DNA of 47,943 nt, from NCBI GenBank assembly GCA_011049195.1, contig DSCG01000004.1, forward strand, positions 1-47,943, read 5' to 3'. Within the stretch, counting starts at the first letter, position 1. Every line of letters starts with the position of its first letter. The notes under the pieces were generated by a model. That model had not been told where the DNA came from and did not search any database. It was given only the letters and a program-made list of their open reading frames with translations. Positions 1-7,621 of the stretch are shown piece by piece. Both the position numbers and the translations under genes were made by a program. Source of the DNA: an archaeon. Its GTDB lineage: Archaea; SpSt-1190.

Positions 1-192
1 ATCCATTATTTTTTTGACATTATCAAACTTGTTTTTTCGTTCCTCGTCTTGTTCAATCAGTTTCCGTTGACGTATGAATTCAAGAGTTTTCCCAACCGGT
101 TTCAACTCAAACCTCAAGGTTTTTGACAAATTATACAAATTTGTAAATCCGTCCCATACCGACCGTGGTGGTGTTATTTGGCTTTCTTGCAT
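1..192 (-). CDS. cas12a: Type V-A CRISPR effector Cas12a (Cpf1), N-terminal 64 aa; runs off the left edge
   Basis: Manual translation from ATG 192 (alternative in-frame ATG 201): MQESQITPPRSVWDGFTNLYNLSKTLRFELKPVGKTLEFIRQRKLIEQDEERKNKFDNVKKIMD. Matches the Cas12a N-terminal signature FTNxYxxSKTLRFELxPxGKT...DE.R......K.I.D. SD-like GGAGATGA upstream; AT-rich. Confidence 0.88.
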   Translation of the reverse strand, partial: MQESQITPPRSVWDGFTNLYNLSKTLRFELKPVGKTLEFIRQRKLIEQDEERKNKFDNVKKIMD

Positions 193-197
193 TTTTA

Positions 198-293
198 TCA
201 TCTCCGAAGACCTTGCTCGTAAGCTTTCAAACCCAAAAACATCTGATTTTCTCTTTTAACTACAACAAAATTCCGCTTGCCTATAAGCGTCAT
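198..293 (-). CDS. Putative 31-aa leader ORF upstream of cas12a
   Basis: MTLIGKRNFVVVKRENQMFLGLKAYEQGLRR*. ATG is 27 nt from a TATA (TTATAAAT at 320-313), the spacing seen for leaderless genes in this window. Its TGA overlaps ATG 201 of the cas12a frame (ATGA). Confidence 0.4.
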   Translation of the reverse strand: MTLIGKRNFVVVKRENQMFLGLKAYEQGLRR

Positions 294-312
294 GACTGTA
301 AAGTAAGAGGAT

Positions 313-320
313 ATTTATAA
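313..320 (-). promoter_or_regulatory. TATA box for the leader ORF/cas12a transcript
   Basis: TTATAAAT on the minus strand, 27 nt upstream of ATG 293. Confidence 0.6.
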
Positions 321-537
321 GTCTCTCGACAACTATGCCAATAAGGTATCCTAACCTTTTCATACTCCCGGGAAACCCAGCTAAACGCCCCAAAATCAAA
401 CCCCACACCACCCGGCCCCCACAAAACCCCTTATCAACACCCAGAAAGCTAGATATCTTGAAATCCCCGAAAAACCCAAAACCCCTGACTTCATACCCGG
501 GGAAAAACAGTTAAATAGGCCCATATGTGAGGCAGCC

Positions 538-825
538 ATGGAAGAAAAGAGCATCACTCAGACTTACGGTAAGGCAGTTTACACTGACAACGGCGAGCTT
601 TTCGGCAGGGTGCAGGATGTGGTCATCGGCAAGTATTCCATCCACGGATGGGTGGTCTCCATCCCCCCCGAAAGCGCCCTCAAGAAAACCGTGCCCACCG
701 TGCGGGCGGTGATAGTGCCCCACAAGGCCATCAAGGCGGTTGGAGACATCATTATCACCAACTCCAAACTGGATGTGCCCGTCCCCCGGAGTAAGGACGA
801 CGAGATTGAGACCGAGGCCAAATAG
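538..825 (+). CDS. PRC-barrel domain protein (CdpB-like, archaeal cell division associated)
   Basis: GKAVYTDNGELFGRVQDVVI and VIVPHKAIKAVGDIII PRC-barrel pattern; TTAAATA at 511, 27 nt upstream. Confidence 0.8.
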   Translation: MEEKSITQTYGKAVYTDNGELFGRVQDVVIGKYSIHGWVVSIPPESALKKTVPTVRAVIVPHKAIKAVGDIIITNSKLDVPVPRSKDDEIETEAK

Positions 826-869
826 CCCCGGGCCAAGTAAGGTTTTAAATCCGGCCGGCGGGTAGAGGC

Positions 870-3467
870 ATGGAAAAGGCTGAGCTCCGGAGAATGTTTT
901 CGGCCCAGCCTGATCAGTTTTACAATGTCCAGGTCCTGCGGAACATGGGCTTTGAACGGCGCCAGTGCCCCAAGTGCAAGGGCTGGTTCTGGTCCATGGG
1001 CAAGGAGACCTGCGGCGACACCAACTGCGAAGGGGCATACAGGTTCATCGGGGGCCGTGACTTGGGATGGGATTTCCTCCAGGCCGTTGAGAAATGGGAG
1101 AAATTTTTTGAAAAGCACAAACACAAGGTCGTGGAGCCCTACCCCATCGTGGCCAAATGGCGGCCTGACCTGTTCTTCGTGATTGCCAGCATTGCTGATT
1201 TTCAACCATGGGTTTTGAAAGGGATAGCTGAGCCCCCGGCCAACCCTCTGGTGGTGAGCCAGCCCTGTCTCAGATTCAATGATTTGGATAATGTGGGGAG
1301 AACCGGCAGGCACCTCACCCAGTTCTTCATGGGCGGCCAGCACGCCTTCAATCTCCGCGATTACTGGATGAATGAAACCCTCGGCTTCGGGGCCAGGTTC
1401 CTGATGGAGGAGCTGAAAATCCCCCAGGAGGAGCTGACCTACAAGGAGGACGTGTGGGCGGGTGGCGGCAACTTCGGGCCGTGTATTGAGGCCTTCGCCC
1501 ACGGCCTGGAAATAGTGAACCACGTTTTCATGCAGTTTGAGGACACCCCCGACGGCAACTACAAGCCCATGGACATGCGGGTGGTGGACACGGGCTGGGG
1601 CCTGGAAAGGGTGGCCTGGTATGCCTCGGCCAAGCCAAACACCTACGAGGCCATCTTCCCGAACGTGGCCAAACTTAGGCGGGACCTGAAGCTGGAAGTG
1701 GATTGGGAGGGACAGGCCAAATTCTGGAGGGAAATCGGGCTTTATGATGTTTCGGAAGGTGCTCACATGCCGGAATGGGTGAGGAAAGAGTTGGACCGGA
1801 TGCAACCCCTCATGGGTCTCTACACCATCCTGGACCACACCCGGGCCCTGGCTTTCGCCCTGGCTGACGGGGCCATCCCGAGTAATGTCGGGGGCGGGTA
1901 TAACCTGAGAAATTTACTGAGGCGTTCATTCACTATCAACCGCAAACACAAATTCGGCCTGAGCGTGGCGGATTTGATTAAGGAACATGCCAAATACATG
2001 GGCAAGAGATTCAAGAACCTCCGCGAGCTGCCTGATGTTGATGACATCGTGAAACTGGAAGAACAAAGATATGATGAGACCAGAACCAACGGCAGAAAGC
2101 TGGTGCTGAATCTGCTGGAAACCGGCAAACTCAAAAGCAAACTGGTTGAACTCTATGAGAGTCACGGCATGGACCCGGAGACAGTGGCCCAGCTGGCTAC
2201 CGAGAAGGGCCAGAAAGTGGAAGTGCCGGAGGACTTTTACATCAAACTCAAGGAGAAAGGTAAGGGAGGAGACAAGGAGACGGTGGAGGTGGACAGACAC
2301 CTGCCCGAAACCGAGCCCTTGTTCCATAAAATCCCTGTTTCCGAGGAGTTTGAGGCGTTAGTGACCTGGAGCCAGGGCAAGGAGCTGGTGCTGGACCAGA
2401 GCAACTTTTACCCGACCTCAGGTGGTCAGGACCATGATACCGGTATGCTGACCTGGGGCAAGGAGGGCAAGGCCAAGGTTGTGAAAGTCAGTAAAGAGGG
2501 CAAGGCCATCCTTCACAGATTGGACAAAGAGGCCCCAGCCGTAGGCACCAGAGTCAAAGGCAGGGTGGACGTGGTCAGGAGAATGGACCTGGCTCGGCAC
2601 CACACAGCAGTTCATGTTGTGAACGGAGCCGCCGTAAAGGTGTTGGGCAGTCACATCTGGCAGGCCGGAGCCAACAAGACCACGGAAAGGGCCCGGCTGG
2701 ATATCACTCATTACAAAGCAGTCACCCCCGCGGAGATGAGGGAGATTGAAAAGGTGGCCAACCAGGTGGTGCTGGAAAACCACAAGGTCCGCAAGATGGA
2801 GATGAACCGGACGGCGGCTGAGCAGAAGTTCGGCTTTCGGATTTATCAGGGCGGGGCTGTGCCCGGCGCCAAACTGAATATCATTCACATCCCCGGCCAT
2901 GATGCCGAGGCCTGTGGCGGGACCCACGTGGATTATACGGGGGAGATTGGGCTCATAAAATTAGCGGGGGCCAGCCGTATCCAGGACGGAGTGGTCCGGC
3001 TGGAGCTCATCGCCGGCATGAGGAGTCTTGAGAAAATGTGGAAACTCGAGGACACTCTGAATGATGCCGCTGTGGAAGCCAAGACAGAGCCCCAGGACCT
3101 GGCCAAGGCTGTCAGAAAACTGACCATCCGGGTCAAGAGCCTCACTAAAGGCGGGGGGGCGGGGACGGAAGGGATAAAGTTACAGGGCAAGGTCGGCGAC
3201 GTCCAGTGGGGCGTGGTGGATATGCCCTTCAAACTCATGGAAAACTCCGCCCAGCGGATACTCAAGGACACCGGCAACAAGGCCGTGGTGCTGGTCAACC
3301 GGGAGGGAGGGGTGGTAGCCGTCTCCACAGGGGAAATCAGTGCCCTGAAATTAGCACAGCAGATTTGTGCCAAGCTGGGCGGGGACGCCGGGGGAAATGA
3401 GAAGCTGGCCAGAGGCGGGGGCAGGGAGCCCGATAAGGCCGAGCAGGTGCTGGGGAAGTTGTTTTAA
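870..3467 (+). CDS. alaS: Alanine--tRNA ligase (archaeal type)
   Basis: N-terminal CPKC/CGDTNC, ASIADFQP, DNVGRTGRH, DTGWGLER, editing HTAVH/ACGGTH, C-terminal GG-rich domain. Confidence 0.98.
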   Translation: MEKAELRRMFSAQPDQFYNVQVLRNMGFERRQCPKCKGWFWSMGKETCGDTNCEGAYRFIGGRDLGWDFLQAVEKWEKFFEKHKHKVVEPYPIVAKWRPDLFFVIASIADFQPWVLKGIAEPPANPLVVSQPCLRFNDLDNVGRTGRHLTQFFMGGQHAFNLRDYWMNETLGFGARFLMEELKIPQEELTYKEDVWAGGGNFGPCIEAFAHGLEIVNHVFMQFEDTPDGNYKPMDMRVVDTGWGLERVAWYASAKPNTYEAIFPNVAKLRRDLKLEVDWEGQAKFWREIGLYDVSEGAHMPEWVRKELDRMQPLMGLYTILDHTRALAFALADGAIPSNVGGGYNLRNLLRRSFTINRKHKFGLSVADLIKEHAKYMGKRFKNLRELPDVDDIVKLEEQRYDETRTNGRKLVLNLLETGKLKSKLVELYESHGMDPETVAQLATEKGQKVEVPEDFYIKLKEKGKGGDKETVEVDRHLPETEPLFHKIPVSEEFEALVTWSQGKELVLDQSNFYPTSGGQDHDTGMLTWGKEGKAKVVKVSKEGKAILHRLDKEAPAVGTRVKGRVDVVRRMDLARHHTAVHVVNGAAVKVLGSHIWQAGANKTTERARLDITHYKAVTPAEMREIEKVANQVVLENHKVRKMEMNRTAAEQKFGFRIYQGGAVPGAKLNIIHIPGHDAEACGGTHVDYTGEIGLIKLAGASRIQDGVVRLELIAGMRSLEKMWKLEDTLNDAAVEAKTEPQDLAKAVRKLTIRVKSLTKGGGAGTEGIKLQGKVGDVQWGVVDMPFKLMENSAQRILKDTGNKAVVLVNREGGVVAVSTGEISALKLAQQICAKLGGDAGGNEKLARGGGREPDKAEQVLGKLF

Positions 3468-3498
3468 AGTTTTTTAAATTCCCGAATGATAAGACTTA

Positions 3499-3891
3499 AT
3501 GTCTTTTAAAAAATTGAAATCTATCGGGGAAGAACTCGCCCAACTAAAGAGAGTTGTAAATGGAAAAACCCTTCCTTCAAGGGAGAGTATTGAATGTCGC
3601 TTAGAGATGATTAATAAATATATGAAAGACTATTTTGAAGAAACGGGAGAAACCATAGTTGACTACACTCAAATTAAAAATTACGACCCTTTGGTAGATA
3701 TACCTGAAGGCCTGTCCGGTCTAAAACATGCCTTGTTTAATTGCTGGAAAGTTTATCGAGATTTTGAAAAAACTTGGGAAGAAAATTACATAAAATGGGT
3801 ACGTAATCAAAATTGGGAAAGCTCACCTGAACGCGCCGGGCTGATTAAACACATTGAAGTTTTTGAGAGCACTTATCAAAAAGTTACTTGA
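3499..3891 (+). CDS. Hypothetical protein (AT-rich orphan)
   Basis: 130-aa ORF, TTTTAAA 27 nt upstream, visibly lower GC than neighbours. Confidence 0.7.
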   Translation: MSFKKLKSIGEELAQLKRVVNGKTLPSRESIECRLEMINKYMKDYFEETGETIVDYTQIKNYDPLVDIPEGLSGLKHALFNCWKVYRDFEKTWEENYIKWVRNQNWESSPERAGLIKHIEVFESTYQKVT

Positions 3892-4816
3892 CAACCAGCT
3901 GATTGAGCCTTTTCTGGAACTCGTCCCACTTCCAGTGGTGGACCCAGCCGCCGGAGGCCTCGGGATGGCCACCCCCGCCGCCGATGCCCTCGGTCAGCTC
4001 CTTGGCCAGCCTGTCCAGGCCGGTGGCACCCCTGAGACTGAAGCGGACTTTGTCCCTTTCATTCTGGGCAATCACGATGAGCTTGTTGGGGTAGCGGTCC
4101 TTGGCCATGCCAGCCACCAGGCTTTTAACATTGAACTGTGAATGGAACCGCAGGAGGATGTAGTGTTCATTCACAATTTCGTCACCAAAAATTTTCTCAA
4201 CCTCTGTTTTCACTCTTTCACGGAAATCCATCAGCTTGCCTGCCTTACCTTCACCTTTCAGAAAGGCCTGGGGACTTTCAGTCTCTTTGAGAGCCTGAAG
4301 GGCATAAATGGCCCCTCTTTGTTTATTCACTGAAACCGCGGCATCCACCATAAGAGCCATCTGGTGCAGGGGGCTGTTGATGAGCTCCTGCTGGTCAATG
4401 GCGGGCACGATGTCGGGCCAGGTGTCCATCACATAACTCCAGAAGGAGTGGGGCACCTTCTCAACACACCAGTCGGCCATTACTCCAATTGCGGCCACCC
4501 AGGCTTTGTCAGGTGTGCCGAAAAGAAGGTAGGATGAAAAACAGACGGGCCATTCAAACCCCACCCTGCGGGGGTTGGCGTGAAAGAGGGGGAAAACCGG
4601 AGTAGCATGGTGGTCAAGGGACAGGTTGAAGGGGCTGTTGGTGGCAACTTCGGAAATATCCAGGCTGATGTTGTGGGTGCCCTTCAGCTCCACAGTGGCC
4701 CCAAGACTGGGATAAAGGTCGTAAGACAGGTTGAGGCGGTCCAGCTCCCGGGACACAAAGTAAGCAGACGTTATGCCGTCACAATCCGCGTGAAAATGTA
4801 ATTTGAACCGTGTCAT
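3884..4816 (-). CDS. DHH/DHHA1 family phosphoesterase (RecJ/GAN-like)
   Basis: HADCDG, LDIS, LDHH and GGGHPEASG motifs; start reassigned to ATG 4816 (MTRFKLHF). Confidence 0.9.
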   Translation of the reverse strand: MTRFKLHFHADCDGITSAYFVSRELDRLNLSYDLYPSLGATVELKGTHNISLDISEVATNSPFNLSLDHHATPVFPLFHANPRRVGFEWPVCFSSYLLFGTPDKAWVAAIGVMADWCVEKVPHSFWSYVMDTWPDIVPAIDQQELINSPLHQMALMVDAAVSVNKQRGAIYALQALKETESPQAFLKGEGKAGKLMDFRERVKTEVEKIFGDEIVNEHYILLRFHSQFNVKSLVAGMAKDRYPNKLIVIAQNERDKVRFSLRGATGLDRLAKELTEGIGGGGGHPEASGGWVHHWKWDEFQKRLNQLVVK

Positions 4817-4868
4817 GGCCAAAAACCTAACTGCAAAAGTATATAAGTTTTTGAGATGGAGAGAAAAG

Positions 4869-5366
4869 ATGGTTATTGACGAAAATCCGCCCGTTGCTTC
4901 CCTAAAGAGGTTAAAAAAGGAGATTGACAACCTGAAGAAAGCTTCCATGCCTGTGGACGCCAAACTGGTGCTCCGGCTACTGGAACACGTTGAATCGCGG
5001 GAGAGACTCCTGAAAGAGTTGCTCATTCACATGAATGCCACGGAGAACCACATTGTGCGGGTGACCGAGGTGCTACAGAAACTGCCCCAGGTTAATATGG
5101 GTCTGCTGGCCGAGAGCCTGCAGGCCATGGTGCCCAAAATGGATGAAATCGCATACAACACACGCAAGATGGTGGATTATCTGGAAATGGCCGCCGACGA
5201 AGCCGGAGGGACGGAAGGCGAGTCCAAAGATGAACCCACGACCCCGGAGGATGCCAAACTCCGGACATCATCCGAAAAACTCAAAAACATAGAAGAACAG
5301 AACAAAGCTCTGATAGGGGCGCTGGACAGTCTTTCCAAACAGCTTGACAAAACGGGGAGTAAATGA
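4869..5366 (+). CDS. Hypothetical coiled-coil protein
   Basis: Helical, charged ORF starting MVIDENPP; stop overlaps the next gene's ATG. Confidence 0.7.
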   Translation: MVIDENPPVASLKRLKKEIDNLKKASMPVDAKLVLRLLEHVESRERLLKELLIHMNATENHIVRVTEVLQKLPQVNMGLLAESLQAMVPKMDEIAYNTRKMVDYLEMAADEAGGTEGESKDEPTTPEDAKLRTSSEKLKNIEEQNKALIGALDSLSKQLDKTGSK

Positions 5367-5833
5367 AGGGAGCCACACCAATTATTGCGGTGATTTTGCT
5401 TCTACTGATAACCATCGCGGCAGGGGGGGCCACCTACCTCTGGTTGAGTCGCATACAGGACACCCTTTTCACCCAGACCGGTGAAGGACTCACTGCAAGT
5501 TCAAAACAGATTTACGGCAAGATAGACATAATCTCAGCCTGGAACGAAACCACTCAGATATGTCTGCTACTGAGAAACCTGTCGGAACAGCAGATAACCT
5601 ACACCGAAAAGGACCTGGAAAGTCTGGCAACCCTGATAAACAACAGGCCTTATGATTTTGACGACTCCTCTCTGGCAGATGTGGGACAGGGAGAGACGTT
5701 TGTGATTTGTATATGCAACGCCTCCAACTGCGGTTCATCCTATTACGCCTATAGTGGCTCAGCGGGAACGGTAACTGTTAAAGTGGAGCCTCCGTTTGGT
5801 GATGGTGATACATATGACTTCTCTTATCCCTAA
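5363..5833 (+). CDS. Archaeal type IV pilin-like protein (class III signal peptide)
   Basis: MKG|ATPIIAVILLLLITIAAGG prepilin cleavage motif plus hydrophobic helix. Confidence 0.88.
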   Translation: MKGATPIIAVILLLLITIAAGGATYLWLSRIQDTLFTQTGEGLTASSKQIYGKIDIISAWNETTQICLLLRNLSEQQITYTEKDLESLATLINNRPYDFDDSSLADVGQGETFVICICNASNCGSSYYAYSGSAGTVTVKVEPPFGDGDTYDFSYP

Positions 5834-6536
5834 ACACACCCGCAGAGGGGCTGCAGAGTTGGTGGGTAGCATCCTCATGGTGCTGGTCATTGTGGCCCTC
5901 ATAGCTGAGGCCTTTCTGATAGGTATGCCCATCCTGAACAAAAGGATGGACCAGGCATCAGTATCATACATAGAAAGGGCTCTGGGGGAGCTGTCAGACG
6001 CCATTGAGATAACCGCCCGCCAGGGCGGGGAAACCCAGGTCAATCTTGAAACCAAAAGCCGTTTCACTTCACCACCTTCCATTAAACTGGAGCAGGACGC
6101 AGGAGGGGAATACAAAATAGTGCTCAGAGGTCAGAGCCACGCTCTGCATTATGCTTCGGTGGGCATCCCCCTTAATGATTTTATAGGACCTTACAACACC
6201 ACCGGTCTGTATGTGCAGTCAACCTCAGTTGAAAAGGTGGTGGGCACCCTCGGAGTGAATAAGGGCGTAGTGGTGACTGCCAGCTCAACCAAAATCAGCG
6301 GGGGTATCCGCCTGATAATGGAGGTAGTTCCACGACCCATCCGAGACCCGTCGCAGAATGTGATTACACGTATAAGGTTCCAACCCATATCCGGCAAGAG
6401 CACCAGTGCAACCCTGCCCACCCGGATTATTGTAAAAGCGGTGGGTCAGACCACTGATATTGTGAATGAAGGCACCTCAAGTAGTCCTGTGATGGTAACC
6501 TACCGGACCATAACAGTTGGGGTGGGTTTTGAATGA
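5814..6536 (+). CDS. Pilin-like protein (class III signal peptide)
   Basis: RRG|AAELVGSILMVLVIVALI; GGTGAT SD before ATG 5814. Confidence 0.75.
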   Translation: MTSLIPKHTRRGAAELVGSILMVLVIVALIAEAFLIGMPILNKRMDQASVSYIERALGELSDAIEITARQGGETQVNLETKSRFTSPPSIKLEQDAGGEYKIVLRGQSHALHYASVGIPLNDFIGPYNTTGLYVQSTSVEKVVGTLGVNKGVVVTASSTKISGGIRLIMEVVPRPIRDPSQNVITRIRFQPISGKSTSATLPTRIIVKAVGQTTDIVNEGTSSSPVMVTYRTITVGVGFE

Positions 6537-6940
6537 AAGGGGTCAGTCCGGTTCTGGAAAGTGTGCTTTTGGCGGGGGCTGTCATCACTTTCCTCATGTT
6601 TATTGCGGGGGCCTTCAACGACCTGGTGGACATAATCACAGATGACAAAATACGCAATTCCCTTGAAATTGATGCCAACAAAGTGGCTTACGCCATTATT
6701 TTTGCATACACCCACGGAACTCAGGAGGGCACCACCAACCTCAAACTGGGCCTGGCAGACCTTCCCGAGGAAATCTGGGTGGATGGAGGGGTGAGAGCCA
6801 AATCAGGCAACCGGCGGGTGCTGGTAAGTCTGCACGGCCTTGAAAATGAAATGAATGTAAGCGGGAGAATTGTGAATACGCGGGGCTTCACACCTTACGT
6901 CAAATATCAGGACGGAGTAATTTACCTCGGAGTTGAGTGA
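6533..6940 (+). CDS. Pilin-like protein (class III signal peptide)
   Basis: MKG|VSPVLESVLLAGAVITFLMF; ATGA overlap with the previous gene. Confidence 0.78.
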   Translation: MKGVSPVLESVLLAGAVITFLMFIAGAFNDLVDIITDDKIRNSLEIDANKVAYAIIFAYTHGTQEGTTNLKLGLADLPEEIWVDGGVRAKSGNRRVLVSLHGLENEMNVSGRIVNTRGFTPYVKYQDGVIYLGVE

Positions 6941-7621
6941 ATGGAAATCGGCAGAGGAGCGGAGGCACTGGTGGAATTCCGGGAGGGAAAGGTTTTCAAG
7001 ACCCGTATAAAAAAAGGTTACCGGGAAACCGGGCTGGACGAAAAAATCAGGAAAGAGCGAACCCGCAAAGAAGCCCGGATAATGGAAAAAGCCGGCAGGG
7101 TCATAAAGGTTCCAAAAGTAATTGTAACGGAAGGCCCATTCACTTTAGTGATGGAGTATCTGAAGGGAACCAAAGTCAGGGACATGAACAGAATTGACGA
7201 CAGTCCGGGAGGGGTGGCGGAAAAAATCGGGGTGGCGGTGGGAAGGCTTCATGCCGGAGGCATCGCCCATCAGGACCTGACCACTTCCAACATGATAATC
7301 CGGGATGGCGAAGTTTATCTCATTGACTTCGGGCTGGCCGACAGAGGACGGCTTGAGGATTTTGCGGTTGACCTGCGGGTGCTCCGGGAAGCCCTGACGG
7401 CAACCCACGGGGAGGAGGCCTGGACAGGCGTAGCCCGGGGCTACCGGAAAGGCAATCCCGGATGGCAGGCTGTAATGGACCGGCTCGTGGGAGTTGATCG
7501 CAGGGGCCGTTACAAAATCAGACAGACTCCAGCACTCTCTGGCATGCCAAAACGGGCGAATGACGCTCCAGATAGTCCTGAACTGTCTTCAGTCGGGTGT
7601 CGTCTCCGGCATAAACAGTAA
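6941..7621 (+). CDS. bud32: KEOPS kinase/ATPase Bud32
   Basis: IGRGAEA, K-R..K.YR...LD..IR..RT..EAR, HQDLTTSN, DFGLA, AVDL, RGRY. Confidence 0.93.
   Translation: MEIGRGAEALVEFREGKVFKTRIKKGYRETGLDEKIRKERTRKEARIMEKAGRVIKVPKVIVTEGPFTLVMEYLKGTKVRDMNRIDDSPGGVAEKIGVAVGRLHAGGIAHQDLTTSNMIIRDGEVYLIDFGLADRGRLEDFAVDLRVLREALTATHGEEAWTGVARGYRKGNPGWQAVMDRLVGVDRRGRYKIRQTPALSGMPKRANDAPDSPELSSVGCRLRHKQ

Noticed and set aside
74..259. 61-aa plus-strand ORF from the track
   Set aside because: Antisense shadow of the cas12a N-terminus.
255..275. Minus-strand AATTTTGTTGTAGTT resembling a Cas12a repeat end
   Set aside because: Lacks the TCTAC arm needed for the stem, is single copy, and lies within the small ORF.
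579..1838. 419-aa minus ORF and many similar long antisense ORFs (e.g. 13554-14459, 38556-39512, 44347-45219)
   Set aside because: Shadows of well-supported genes in GC-rich DNA, with no motifs.
4817..5026. N-terminal extensions in the track for DHH; likewise AMPpase (9095), GATase (32951), ABCE1 (41484) and the 42339 ORF
   Set aside because: They overlap neighbouring genes or promoters; downstream starts fit family N-termini and TATA spacing.
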